Below are positions 27,239 to 36,908 of a DNA stretch of 64,000 nucleotides, piece by piece (position 1 is the first letter of the stretch; each line of letters starts with the position of its first letter). The notes beneath the pieces are model-generated. The model had not been told where the DNA came from, searched no databases, and worked only from the letters and a program-made list of their open reading frames with translations. A program made the position numbers and the translations under genes. The stretch is from Hormoscilla sp. (GTDB taxonomy: Bacteria > Cyanobacteriota > Cyanobacteriia > Cyanobacteriales > Desertifilaceae): assembly GCA_051439505.1 (NCBI GenBank), contig JBFRWI010000009.1:1-64000 (forward strand), given 5' to 3'.

Positions 27239-29209
27239 TCAGGTTTCATCTTCAGCTAAAGTAATCAAGGCATCATCGAGAGTGAGATTTAGCTGCTGAT
27301 GCAGACTGGGAATTAAGTCAATACCAAAGTTTTTATTCTTATCCTCAGCTTGGGCACGAAGTTTTACACCAATACAGAGCTCGTCCCGGGCCAAAGCCGC
27401 CTCGACGCAGTCAGCAAAGGTAAGTTTGCTTAGTAGTTTGGGTGGAAAGTATAGGGACAGGGGCTTGATGTACAGTTCGCAGCCATTGATGTCGAATAAA
27501 TGATTGTAGATTAACATCACATCAGGCTCTTGGGATGCCTGGGCTAAAATTTTAGACACAATTTGATTAGAAAGCAGGAAGTCTTTAACACCGGCTTTAA
27601 TTACCAGGTCCGTGTCTTCAGAGTTAACTATCTCCGCAATTAATTCCGTGGTGATTTGCTGGCCCGTTTTCCGGCTATACTCTCGGAAAATTTGTCGCAG
27701 TTGCAGTAAGACTGTCAGGGTCTTGGCATCAATTTCATCGGGGTTTTCCCCACTGCCAGCTAAAATGGGGATGCTGTTAAACTCATAGGGCTTTAAGTTC
27801 CACAGTTCCTCGACTGAGTCTACATTCACCTGCATTGCTTCCATCCTGACATCGGGGTAGGATTTGGCTATCTGGTCAAATTCAGCTTGCATCTGCGGGG
27901 TTAAATCCTTCACCGCCAGGTTTACTTGCGAACCACGCAAGGCGTATTGGGCATATTCTCTCAGGGCGATCGGGGCTTTCGGGTTCCAACCAATCAGCAG
28001 ATGCTTTTCCGTTTGGCGAACTGCGCAGCGTCGATAGTCAGCATAGCCGAGGTTCCGAGGCCGTGCGAGAATTTCGGGATCAAACTTGATGGTCGAGTCA
28101 TCTTCTGCGAGGACAATAATTTCATCATCGTCAGCTAGCTGGTAATCTTTACTCGGTCTGAGGGAAATAGTGCCATCTGCATGACGCACCCCTAGGGGCA
28201 TACTTCTGAGGAAATGAAAGATCGACTCACCGAAAGAGAGATTCGGCCAACCGGTGGAGGGGCGATAGAAATAAAATTCGTTTCCTTCAAAGCCCACCAA
28301 GTTTAAGTATACTGCCGCTAGCCCCACGTTGCGGGAAGTCTGAACTAAAATCCGAGCTAAAATATCGGCTTCATTCAGAGTGGTGACTGCTCCGGGAGCA
28401 ATGTTTTCCGCAAGAATGCGATATTGCCCTGAGTGTAATTCTACCACTATTGCTGGCAAGGAGGAGCCTTCCTCATTTGCTGCTACCACAGCCAGAATGG
28501 CCTTCACCACCCGAGCATCGGATAAAGTCTTGAATTCCTCGGGGTCCGATCCCTTGGCATCATTCAAGATAATCACAGATTTAGCCAGTTGGACTGCGAC
28601 TTTATTCAGATTCTGCAAATTCGTGACTGCGCCATTTCTGGTAACTACTCTGGTAGTTTTGAGGTCTCCGATTTCATTGCGAATAAAATCATCCATATCC
28701 TCCTTATCTGCTTCCGACAGGATGACAACAACTGCATCTGGTTCTGATTCATTCGCCAACACTAACTCTGTAATAATATCTCCGCTCCGGTCATTGAATC
28801 CTAAAATTAAGGTATGGTTTTCTTCCACTACCATGCTTTTACCCTTGCGCAGCAATTGCAGTCGGGATTCAAATTCCTCAGTAATGAAGGCTACCAGACT
28901 GGAGAACAGCACTAAGCCGACAAAAATCGCGATCACGCCCACCAGTTTGGCAGCAAAATTGGCATCGTCCCCCGTGTCTCTCAGCCCGATCAGCTGCACG
29001 AATATTTCCCATGATAAATCAGATGAATTTTCAATATATTCATTGGGAAAAAAGACTTCTGCCAAGTAACGGCATATTGCCAGTAGCAAAAAGGCTACAA
29101 AAAAGGCTGACAATAAAGCCAGAAATACTGACAAGCCCCCACGGGACATAAAGTTGTCAAATTTGTACTGGAGGCGATTTTGCCAGGAAACTTTGTTTGA
29201 CGTTGACAT
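27239..29209 (-). CDS. CASTOR/POLLUX (DMI1)-like cation channel with tandem RCK-like domains
   Basis: RLQYKFDNFMSRG, TM helices, LRKGKSMVVEENHTLILG, ARILVQTSR, FEGNEFY, G.ELYIKP, ELCIG, ITLAED. Confidence 0.85.
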   Translation of the reverse strand: MSTSNKVSWQNRLQYKFDNFMSRGGLSVFLALLSAFFVAFLLLAICRYLAEVFFPNEYIENSSDLSWEIFVQLIGLRDTGDDANFAAKLVGVIAIFVGLVLFSSLVAFITEEFESRLQLLRKGKSMVVEENHTLILGFNDRSGDIITELVLANESEPDAVVVILSEADKEDMDDFIRNEIGDLKTTRVVTRNGAVTNLQNLNKVAVQLAKSVIILNDAKGSDPEEFKTLSDARVVKAILAVVAANEEGSSLPAIVVELHSGQYRILAENIAPGAVTTLNEADILARILVQTSRNVGLAAVYLNLVGFEGNEFYFYRPSTGWPNLSFGESIFHFLRSMPLGVRHADGTISLRPSKDYQLADDDEIIVLAEDDSTIKFDPEILARPRNLGYADYRRCAVRQTEKHLLIGWNPKAPIALREYAQYALRGSQVNLAVKDLTPQMQAEFDQIAKSYPDVRMEAMQVNVDSVEELWNLKPYEFNSIPILAGSGENPDEIDAKTLTVLLQLRQIFREYSRKTGQQITTELIAEIVNSEDTDLVIKAGVKDFLLSNQIVSKILAQASQEPDVMLIYNHLFDINGCELYIKPLSLYFPPKLLSKLTFADCVEAALARDELCIGVKLRAQAEDKNKNFGIDLIPSLHQQLNLTLDDALITLAEDET

Positions 29210-29369
29210 ACTATTGTGTTTCTCCACGATCGGATACCATCGGTTTGGGGGTAGTATAGAGGAATTGACTACCTCCAGTCAAGTCGGGGTATTTTGGTGC
29301 TACTTGACAAAGAAAGGGTTACGCTAGGGTAGCAGGGTACTCACCAGTATAGTACCCGATCGCCATGAA

Positions 29370-30488
29370 ATGACACCAGACGAAGAGAAATTTATGACTA
29401 AGAGAAGGCCACGCCCGTCTATCGGTTTTTTAGCAGGAGTGCTATTCCTGAGTGCGACCGCCTGTGGCGGCAATCAAAAGCAAAATACTACTACCCAGAT
29501 AGTTGCACCACCCCCAGAAGAACGATTGAGTAACTATGTACTGGCCGATGGTTCCAGTACCGTCTTCCCGATCGCGGAAGCCATGGCACAAAAGTTTATG
29601 AAAGCTAATCCGACAATTGGGGTAACGGTGGGCATATCCAGTTCGGGAGTGGGGTTCAAGAAGTTCTGCATTGGAGACACTGATATCTCTAACGCTTCTC
29701 GTCCCATTAAGAAATCCGAGATCGCATTTTGTGAGGCCAACAAAATTGAGTACGTGGAAATTCCCGTGGCCTTCGATGCGATCGCGGTGGCGGTCAACCG
29801 CTACAATGACTGGACAAGCTGCCTTACCCCACAGCAGTTGGGCAAAATTTGGGAACCTGCTGCAGAAGGGGAAGTAGTCAACTGGCAGCAGATCTCAGAG
29901 GAGTACCCCGATGTACGTCTGGGTCTCTATGGTGCTGAAAGTGATTCCGGTACCTACGATTACTTTACCGATGCTATCACGGGGGAAGAGGGTAAAAGCC
30001 GCAGTGACTACACCGCTAGTCCCGATGATATCGTCACCATTCAGGGGATCGAGTCGGAGTATGGCTCTTTGGGATTTATCAGCTTGTCTTCCTATGAAAA
30101 AAACAAGGATGCTTTAAACTTGATTGCCATTGAAAATGAAAGCGGCGAATGCACCGAACCAAGCCCAGAGACGATCGGCAAAGGCACCTACAATCCCTTG
30201 GCACGTCCCTTATTGCTATATATCAACAAGGAGTCTCTAGAAAAAATACCTGCGGTCAAAGCCTTTGTTGAGTACCTTCTCAATGCTGAACACCAAGCTG
30301 TAATCTCAGAAGCAGGATATGTACCTTTGCCAGAGAATCTGTTACTAAAAGTGCGGGAACGGATTGCCGATCGCATCACTGGTTCAATGTTTGTAGATGG
30401 GTCTTCAGTTGGTGTCGATTTATCAGAGAAGCTGTCGGAAACAAAAAAGAACAAACCAATAAACAGCCCTGAATCTAACGGTAATTGA
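29370..30488 (+). CDS. PstS-family substrate-binding lipoprotein (divergent, no pstCAB adjacent)
   Basis: Lipobox-like SATAC, DGSSTVFPI, GFKKFC, DISNASR, DSGTYDYF, YNPLARPL. Confidence 0.88.
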   Translation: MTPDEEKFMTKRRPRPSIGFLAGVLFLSATACGGNQKQNTTTQIVAPPPEERLSNYVLADGSSTVFPIAEAMAQKFMKANPTIGVTVGISSSGVGFKKFCIGDTDISNASRPIKKSEIAFCEANKIEYVEIPVAFDAIAVAVNRYNDWTSCLTPQQLGKIWEPAAEGEVVNWQQISEEYPDVRLGLYGAESDSGTYDYFTDAITGEEGKSRSDYTASPDDIVTIQGIESEYGSLGFISLSSYEKNKDALNLIAIENESGECTEPSPETIGKGTYNPLARPLLLYINKESLEKIPAVKAFVEYLLNAEHQAVISEAGYVPLPENLLLKVRERIADRITGSMFVDGSSVGVDLSEKLSETKKNKPINSPESNGN

Positions 30489-30570
30489 TTAGTCTCATCT
30501 CGCACTGGGTATAGGAAACCCGGTTTTTTGCTCGTACCGGGTTTCCGAGTTTCCCCAGGGAGAATCTCAA

Positions 30571-32739
30571 TCAAGCAAATACCAAAATCGTGATTACCAG
30601 CAATGTCTTCAGAAGTGTAGGCCAGTAAAGCAACTTTGATATCAAGTTATCCTTATACTTGATGAAAGGAGCGTTAGGATGAGAGAGCAACAGGATAGCA
30701 TTAACTGCCACCAGGAAAATGTAAAAATAGATCACGAAGTAGAAATACTCGAAGTAAAGAATTCCTTTCGTGACGATCTGTTCTCTCACGGCGATCTGGT
30801 CGAGGATGACAATAAAGACAAAACCAGCACAAGCTGCCAAAACCTCCGATGCCTTCTCCTCATCGGCGATCAGCAGCATCGCAAAGAGCAGAGTGACGAC
30901 AACGAAGAGTGGTCCGACTCTCGAAATAAACGGACCGATGAAATCCCTTTGCAGCACGATCGTGAAATTCAGTTCGGGAAAGTTAGTTTTGAACACATTA
31001 CTTTTGATGCCAAAATTGGTATCATAGGTTTTGAACCTGTACTCGAAAAAACTATCACTCAGATTCCAGTTGCCCAAGACAATATCTTTATCTACACCAG
31101 GTTTAGTTCTGGGATTGATCACTTGGTAGCCCCCGAGGTCTGGAACCAGAATTACCTGGCGGTTTAATTCCCGACGATTAAAGTCCTGGTGTAATAACCT
31201 AATCTTGACATCTTTATAGTCAAAGGGATAATTGGAAAAATCTAAGTCCTGACGCAAGGTAGCTTCAACATACCAACCAATCACCTCAACATCATCATTT
31301 TCCTCCTGGTGGCGATAAGCTTCCGTCACTTCCAAATCATTGGCATCAATAGCATCGGGTAGGATAAAACCACGCTCCAACTCATCATGGATTCCCTCCT
31401 GGTATTCCTGCCAGATATAGCCAGTCACGAATACGTCGTTAGAACTGGTAAAATCCAGGGACTGAATATAAACTCCCGTGGGTACTAACAGCGGTGGTTT
31501 CTGGTTTAATTTGGCGCTTAACTCAACTTGAGGAAGCAATAACTGATCTACGCCAGTCTCATTCAGCAGCAGATTCCGAGTCGAGGTATAGGTACGTGTT
31601 TTGATCGCCAAACTCCAGATAAATCCGATTTCTGCTATAAACAACAGGCTGGCAGTAGAGGATAGTACACTAAGACGCTTGACAGTACCCTTGTCAGTCC
31701 GGAATAGGAGGACAAAGAGAAACACGAAAAACCACACAAATGCCAGACTGAGGAAGATGAGTTGGCGTCGCGTGGTTTGGTTGTCGGGCAAAACTTCGTC
31801 CTGAATAAAGACTACTCCCACCACCCATCCATTCTGATTTGCTTGTCGCAGGAATACCCAGGAATTTTGACCCGTGATGTTATCGCTCAAATCTGCTTCT
31901 ACCGGTTCGCCACGCAAGGCTCTCGCTACTAAATCTACTAAAGGACGAACTTGTGATTCGTTGCGATCGTATACGAGATCGAAGATGTTTGCCTGACTTT
32001 TGACATACTCTTCATTGGGATGATAGAGAAAATTTCCCGTCCGAGAAACTAGAAAGCCGTAGCCAGTTTTGCCGAGATCGAGGGACTTGACTATATCTGA
32101 GATCGTCTCCACAGAATAGTCGGCGTAGACTATTCCTCGCGGACGCTGCTTGCGATCTCCTCGACTATAAAAAGGCGCTAAATATCCCACTGCTGGCTGA
32201 TTGAATAAAGAATTGTCCTGCCAAAAGTATGGTTCTCCCCAATGAGCCCCCTTGCTGAGAGTGTTCCGATACCAAGCATACTTAGGGCGAGTGTAGTTGT
32301 ATTTAACTTCCAGGGATTGCAGTTCGCCGTTTAATCTGGCATAATAGGGCGCATACAGCATCACATTCGGATCGTAGGCGCGCGGTTCATAGGCAAGGCC
32401 CACATCTAAAAGCTGAGGCTTTTTCTCCAGTTCTGCTTTGAGTCGGCTTAATACCTGGGCGTCATTTAATCTGCCCGAAGTCAAATCGTTGGCGATCGCC
32501 AGGGTTGTGTCTTTAGCCACACGCAGTTCTCGGTCAATCTCCAAAGCCGCCCGGACTGTTTGTCGCTTGGCTGTTTTTCTCGCCTCTGAGATTATTCGCT
32601 GCTGTTCTCGCGAGTACAAAAACAGCCCGCCTGTCGCCAAGACGAAAGTGGTGGCGCAGAGGAGCAATGACGTGTAAAATGTCAGTTGTTGCCACGGTTT
32701 CTGTTTCTGTTTCTGTTTCTTTTTGACTTTCTGTTTCAT
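30571..32739 (-). CDS. Cache-domain-fused pentameric ligand-gated ion channel (Pro-loop receptor)
   Basis: TM-dCache (YAPYY...WY...WGEPYF...GIVYAD, LGKTGYGFLVS)-2TM, then ECD (VPTGVYIQSL, GYIWQ, FSNYPFD Pro-loop, LQR) and four TM helices. Confidence 0.8.
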   Translation of the reverse strand: MKQKVKKKQKQKQKPWQQLTFYTSLLLCATTFVLATGGLFLYSREQQRIISEARKTAKRQTVRAALEIDRELRVAKDTTLAIANDLTSGRLNDAQVLSRLKAELEKKPQLLDVGLAYEPRAYDPNVMLYAPYYARLNGELQSLEVKYNYTRPKYAWYRNTLSKGAHWGEPYFWQDNSLFNQPAVGYLAPFYSRGDRKQRPRGIVYADYSVETISDIVKSLDLGKTGYGFLVSRTGNFLYHPNEEYVKSQANIFDLVYDRNESQVRPLVDLVARALRGEPVEADLSDNITGQNSWVFLRQANQNGWVVGVVFIQDEVLPDNQTTRRQLIFLSLAFVWFFVFLFVLLFRTDKGTVKRLSVLSSTASLLFIAEIGFIWSLAIKTRTYTSTRNLLLNETGVDQLLLPQVELSAKLNQKPPLLVPTGVYIQSLDFTSSNDVFVTGYIWQEYQEGIHDELERGFILPDAIDANDLEVTEAYRHQEENDDVEVIGWYVEATLRQDLDFSNYPFDYKDVKIRLLHQDFNRRELNRQVILVPDLGGYQVINPRTKPGVDKDIVLGNWNLSDSFFEYRFKTYDTNFGIKSNVFKTNFPELNFTIVLQRDFIGPFISRVGPLFVVVTLLFAMLLIADEEKASEVLAACAGFVFIVILDQIAVREQIVTKGILYFEYFYFVIYFYIFLVAVNAILLLSHPNAPFIKYKDNLISKLLYWPTLLKTLLVITILVFA

Positions 32740-32793
32740 TCTGTTAATTGCTAATTGCTAATTTACCGATTCTCAATTTTAAATTCTCCATTC

Positions 32794-33969
32794 TCAAAAA
32801 CCACTGATGTTGATTAAAAACCCAAACACAGCACCACCCAAAACTAGCCATGCTGCGTTAATTTGAAAGCGAATGGCTCCAATAGCTGCGGCAATAGCAA
32901 TGAGGATAGTTGCTATATCAATCAGGGTACCTCGTGCCAACTGAATTGTCACCACTGCCATTAAGGCTACGGCCCCAGCATTGACCGCATCTAAAAATGC
33001 TGATGTCCACTTGGATGCCCGCAAGCGGGGAATCAGGGGATTTAAGGCAGCAACAAATAAAAATGAGGGCAGGAATATTCCCATTGTCGCAACTGCGGCA
33101 CCAGGTAAACCAGCAATTAGGTAGCCAATGAATGTAGATGTGGAAAGCACCGGACCTGGGGTGAATTGACCGATCGCGATCGCATCCAGCAGTTGCTGCT
33201 GAGTCAACCAACCATAGTCTCTGACCAAGCCATTTTCCAGAAAGGCCACCAGGACATAGCCACTACCAAATAAAATGCTTCCCACCTTCAGGAAAAATAA
33301 CCCCAACTGCCACAATGGCACCTGAGTTGCAGTCTTAGCAGCAACTGAGATCGCGGTTATGTCTGACAGGGCCGCACTGCTAGTTAACCCCAGGGCTACC
33401 AAGGCAGTATTCTGATGATTATCTCCTGCCGCCAGTCGCAGGCCGATCGTCCCCAAAACTCCCCCCAATAATAGCGCTGCTACCTGGTTTAATCCTAAGA
33501 ATAGGGAAATGGCTACGCCCAAGGCAATAATGAGCAATTTCCAGTTTTTCACTGCCTTTTTCCCCAGACGCCACAAAGCATTCAAGATAATTGCCAGCAC
33601 AGCAGGTTTAATGCCGTAAAGTAAAGGAGCAACTTGGGGTAGAGTGCCAAAGGAGACATAAACCCAGGCCAGGATAGCAGTGATAGAAACTGCTGGGAGA
33701 ATAAAACAGACCCCTGACACCACCAAACCGGGCAAACCTTTATAGATATAGCCGACATGGATGGCCATTTCGGTGGAATTGGGACCGGGAATGAGGTTGG
33801 TAGCACCAATTAAATCCAGGAAATGTTCCCTGGTTAACCACTGGCGTTTTTTGACGACCTCCTCCTCCATCATGGCAATGTGGGCGGCGGGGCCACCGAA
33901 GCCGATCGCCCCTAGTTTCAGAAATAATTTTGCCAGTTCGCCCAGATGCCCTTGATTTGAGTTTCTCAT
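32794..33969 (-). CDS. chrA: Chromate efflux transporter (long-chain CHR)
   Basis: FLKLGAIGFGGPAAHIAMM, PGPNSTE, FLKVGSILFGSG, GQFTPGP. Confidence 0.93.
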   Translation of the reverse strand: MRNSNQGHLGELAKLFLKLGAIGFGGPAAHIAMMEEEVVKKRQWLTREHFLDLIGATNLIPGPNSTEMAIHVGYIYKGLPGLVVSGVCFILPAVSITAILAWVYVSFGTLPQVAPLLYGIKPAVLAIILNALWRLGKKAVKNWKLLIIALGVAISLFLGLNQVAALLLGGVLGTIGLRLAAGDNHQNTALVALGLTSSAALSDITAISVAAKTATQVPLWQLGLFFLKVGSILFGSGYVLVAFLENGLVRDYGWLTQQQLLDAIAIGQFTPGPVLSTSTFIGYLIAGLPGAAVATMGIFLPSFLFVAALNPLIPRLRASKWTSAFLDAVNAGAVALMAVVTIQLARGTLIDIATILIAIAAAIGAIRFQINAAWLVLGGAVFGFLINISGF

Positions 33970-34012
33970 CACTTTCCTCACAAGCGCAAAGCGTGCTGAC
34001 GGGTGAACATGT

Positions 34013-35086
34013 CTAAAGCTGCGACATAGGATCGAGGGTAAGCAGGCGGCTAATTTCATCAGTTTGAAAACCTAAAGCCATGGGTCGGCGTACCCCTGGT
34101 AGAACCTGCACGTCATATAATTCTGTAATCACCCCTTCTAGCCTGAGCCAATGGACGATCGCACCAGTGTGAATATCAATTACCATTAAACCACAGCGAG
34201 GTTCGGCATCTTTAGCGATTAACCGCTCGTCTAATGCTAACCCCGAAAAAGTTTTATCTCCTCCCCGGGGCTTCGACAAGCCCGCGATCGCATAATTCCC
34301 CCAAAAAGTCAAGCCCCGCAGATAGCCAGGACAGAAAGCAACTGGTTCAAACCGTCCAGTTTGCAAGTCCCCATAGCCAAACTCGCCAGTACCCGAATTG
34401 TGCAGCCACAACTTTCCCTGATACCATCGAGGGGAGTGGGGCATGGACAAACCAGTGAGAATAATTTCGTTAGACTGTAACTCTAGCACGCAACCGCCCG
34501 ATCGCCTTTTATCCCGCCAACCATCCACCACATCCGATCGACTACAGACCGTCACAAAACCAGGTTTGCCCTCTACCATAGCCAAACCATTCAGATGACA
34601 GCGGTCTTCATTCACCAGTTGAGAAATAAACGGCGGTTTCCATAAGGGAGTGCAACTATGGCGCTGACTCACCGTCGCCAGACAATTCAACAGACTACTG
34701 ACAAAAATCACCCGCCCAGTGCTATCTACTACCAGATCGTGGATATCCAAATCCCCAGTACTGTAGCCAATACGGGGCACGTAAAGTTTGTCGTAACCGT
34801 TGTATAATTGCCCCGCAGACAGCACATTATCGAACTGCCACAGCTGATATTTAGAACTCATATACAAGCGTTCTGTGGTAGCATATAAACCCATCGCCCG
34901 ATCGAACAGGCGCTCAAATCCAGAAATTCTTCCTTCCGGATTAACTCCTAGGAGAATGAGTCGCGAGGTTTGATAGGTAGTCAGGGCGAAGCAGATCTGC
35001 TGCCCAGTCATCCAGTCGAGTAACTGGCGAGAACAGAATACTTCCAGAGGTGGAGATGCTTTTGTTACTGGTTGCAATTGATTCAT
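34013..35086 (-). CDS. TIGR03032/DUF4915 family protein
   Basis: LTTYQT, FDRAMGL, TGDLDIHD, EDRCHLNGLA, MPHSPRW, CPGYLRG, ELYDV. Confidence 0.88.
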   Translation of the reverse strand: MNQLQPVTKASPPLEVFCSRQLLDWMTGQQICFALTTYQTSRLILLGVNPEGRISGFERLFDRAMGLYATTERLYMSSKYQLWQFDNVLSAGQLYNGYDKLYVPRIGYSTGDLDIHDLVVDSTGRVIFVSSLLNCLATVSQRHSCTPLWKPPFISQLVNEDRCHLNGLAMVEGKPGFVTVCSRSDVVDGWRDKRRSGGCVLELQSNEIILTGLSMPHSPRWYQGKLWLHNSGTGEFGYGDLQTGRFEPVAFCPGYLRGLTFWGNYAIAGLSKPRGGDKTFSGLALDERLIAKDAEPRCGLMVIDIHTGAIVHWLRLEGVITELYDVQVLPGVRRPMALGFQTDEISRLLTLDPMSQL

Positions 35087-35136
35087 TCACCTGATATATC
35101 CTGTTGCCTGGGGGGCGAGCATCGGTCCTGTGATGG

Positions 35137-35208
35137 CTAGAAACCCCGGGTTTCTTGCCCATCTGAACAGGATATTTCAATGCTCTCACGCCCAAAAACC
35201 CGGTTTCT
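35137..35208. repeat. AGAAACC(C/G)GGTTTCT paired-palindrome repeat (family E)
   Basis: Two palindromic units about 35 bp apart; homologs at 30513, 56434, 56552 and 57586. Confidence 0.75.
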
Positions 35209-35217
35209 TAACCGACA

Positions 35218-36015
35218 TTAGGATGTACGTGGGAAATGCTCAATTTGAGCGTAGCCGCTGAACAGCAATTTTTTCCCTTGAGTTTCTAGGCGATTAATAC
35301 GCAATTTTACTCCATCCAGGTCAAAGCGATCGAGGTCTACCATATCATTCAAAATTTCATCAAGTACCCCTGTCAACTTTTCCGAGAGCTGCCGGACCTC
35401 CTCGGGCACCAATTCTGGCTCAAACTGAGCTTGACTAAAGGTAATGCGGCGTCTACGCTCAACTGCCAGGGTTGAGGTCATGACAATGGGCACCGGTTCG
35501 CCGGCACCTAGATGACATTTCGCAAATAGCCGAATTTTGTTGTTGGCCAGTAACTCTATCTGCACGTCCTGAAAGGAGACCGGTTTGCCGCCAGAGAGTT
35601 CGGTCAAAGTTGGTACAGAAAGATTTTCCAGGCGTTTGGTCACCAGTTGGGCCTTGAAGGCATGGTTGATACCCTCTTCAGAAAGGGAGATCAGGGCAAC
35701 CGCTTGGGTGGGTTGCAACAGGCGAATTTCACCCCTGAGCACAGATGCCACATCAATAGCAACGGCGTCGGTAGTAAAGGACATTTCCGAAACCGGGAAA
35801 TCTTTGCGGATGACCAGACCGCGACCAGTCATTTGCAATCCATCTATTCTGCCTTGCAACAGTTTGCTGGAGGGGTTGCAGCGGATCGAGACATCTACCG
35901 AATCACTGCGGGTAAACAAATGACGAATGCCTTGGCTTGCCACTTTATTGAGTAGCTGCTCTCCCATATCCGTATCCCTGGAAAATGGAAATACACCAGT
36001 GATGCCAGTAAACAT
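35218..36015 (-). CDS. DUF2993/LmeA-family protein
   Basis: GEQLLNKVA...SKLLQG...GRGLVIR...DMVDLDRFDLDG. Confidence 0.8.
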   Translation of the reverse strand: MFTGITGVFPFSRDTDMGEQLLNKVASQGIRHLFTRSDSVDVSIRCNPSSKLLQGRIDGLQMTGRGLVIRKDFPVSEMSFTTDAVAIDVASVLRGEIRLLQPTQAVALISLSEEGINHAFKAQLVTKRLENLSVPTLTELSGGKPVSFQDVQIELLANNKIRLFAKCHLGAGEPVPIVMTSTLAVERRRRITFSQAQFEPELVPEEVRQLSEKLTGVLDEILNDMVDLDRFDLDGVKLRINRLETQGKKLLFSGYAQIEHFPRTS

Positions 36016-36345
36016 AGGGGTGATTGTTGCTAATTGTTTTCTCGATTCGCTTCTAATGTAACAAATTGTAAAAATATCGACAAGTTTAAGGTAACTTATA
36101 GTATATATAAGCCCTCCGGACAGGGGCGACAGCCGCTATCCCGTCGGTTGAGGGTCGATATCGCCCCCGATCGTCAACCCAGCAGGAGCCGGTCAGGAGA
36201 GACTATAGCACCGGTGCTATTGATAGCACCGGCAGCCAAGATATTAAGAAGATCTGCAAATTTTCAATTGCTCTTTATTCTTAGGGCAGCTTAGTAATAA
36301 TAGAGAGTAGAGTTTACCACCAACCAAATTTACCTTTTTTCTCAG

Positions 36346-36825
36346 ATGCATACCCTCAATCACACCCTAGAACAAAGCCTGATCGAAGCGGACGGTCGCT
36401 ATCTCAGCTCCACCGAACTCTACCCGCTAGAGCAGTATATTCAGAGTTACACTACCAGGCTGGAGACTTACCAGCAACTGAGCCAGCACGGCGAAAAACT
36501 GACCATCCAGGCGCTGCGTAAATTCGCGCAGGCTTATCCAGAACTGATTCGCCAGCATGGAGGACGCTGCAAATATGACATGTCTGAAGTGCTGCGCTAC
36601 ATCGCCTTGTCGATTTTGCGAGACGACGAACTGTTGTTTAAGGAACAGATGATCGTCTGGTTAGATACAATTCTGATGGCTCACAAACGCACAAATCATT
36701 GCCTCCCGGCTTATCAGAATTTGCAAGAAGTAATAGATGCTACTTTGCCCCCTGCATGTAGTAGTTTAGTGCGTCCTTATCTGGACATTGTGACTCTGGC
36801 GTTCAAGTCCCACGCGAAAAAGTAA
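36346..36825 (+). CDS. Divergent phycobiliprotein/globin-fold protein
   Basis: EADGRYL...RCKYDMSEVLRYIAL resembles the phycobiliprotein ADxxGRYL and CxRD...LRY motifs. Confidence 0.75.
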   Translation: MHTLNHTLEQSLIEADGRYLSSTELYPLEQYIQSYTTRLETYQQLSQHGEKLTIQALRKFAQAYPELIRQHGGRCKYDMSEVLRYIALSILRDDELLFKEQMIVWLDTILMAHKRTNHCLPAYQNLQEVIDATLPPACSSLVRPYLDIVTLAFKSHAKK

Positions 36826-36908
36826 TGAATTGGGATCACTTTCAGAAGATATCTAGGCACCGACTGAGCGCGAATTCAAAACTGAATTAACAGAAAAGAG
36901 GAAATAAA

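Noticed and set aside
28380..29069. Long antisense ORFs (this one, 21975-22625, 61521-62042 and similar)
   Set aside because: Shadow frames of well-supported genes with no recognisable motifs
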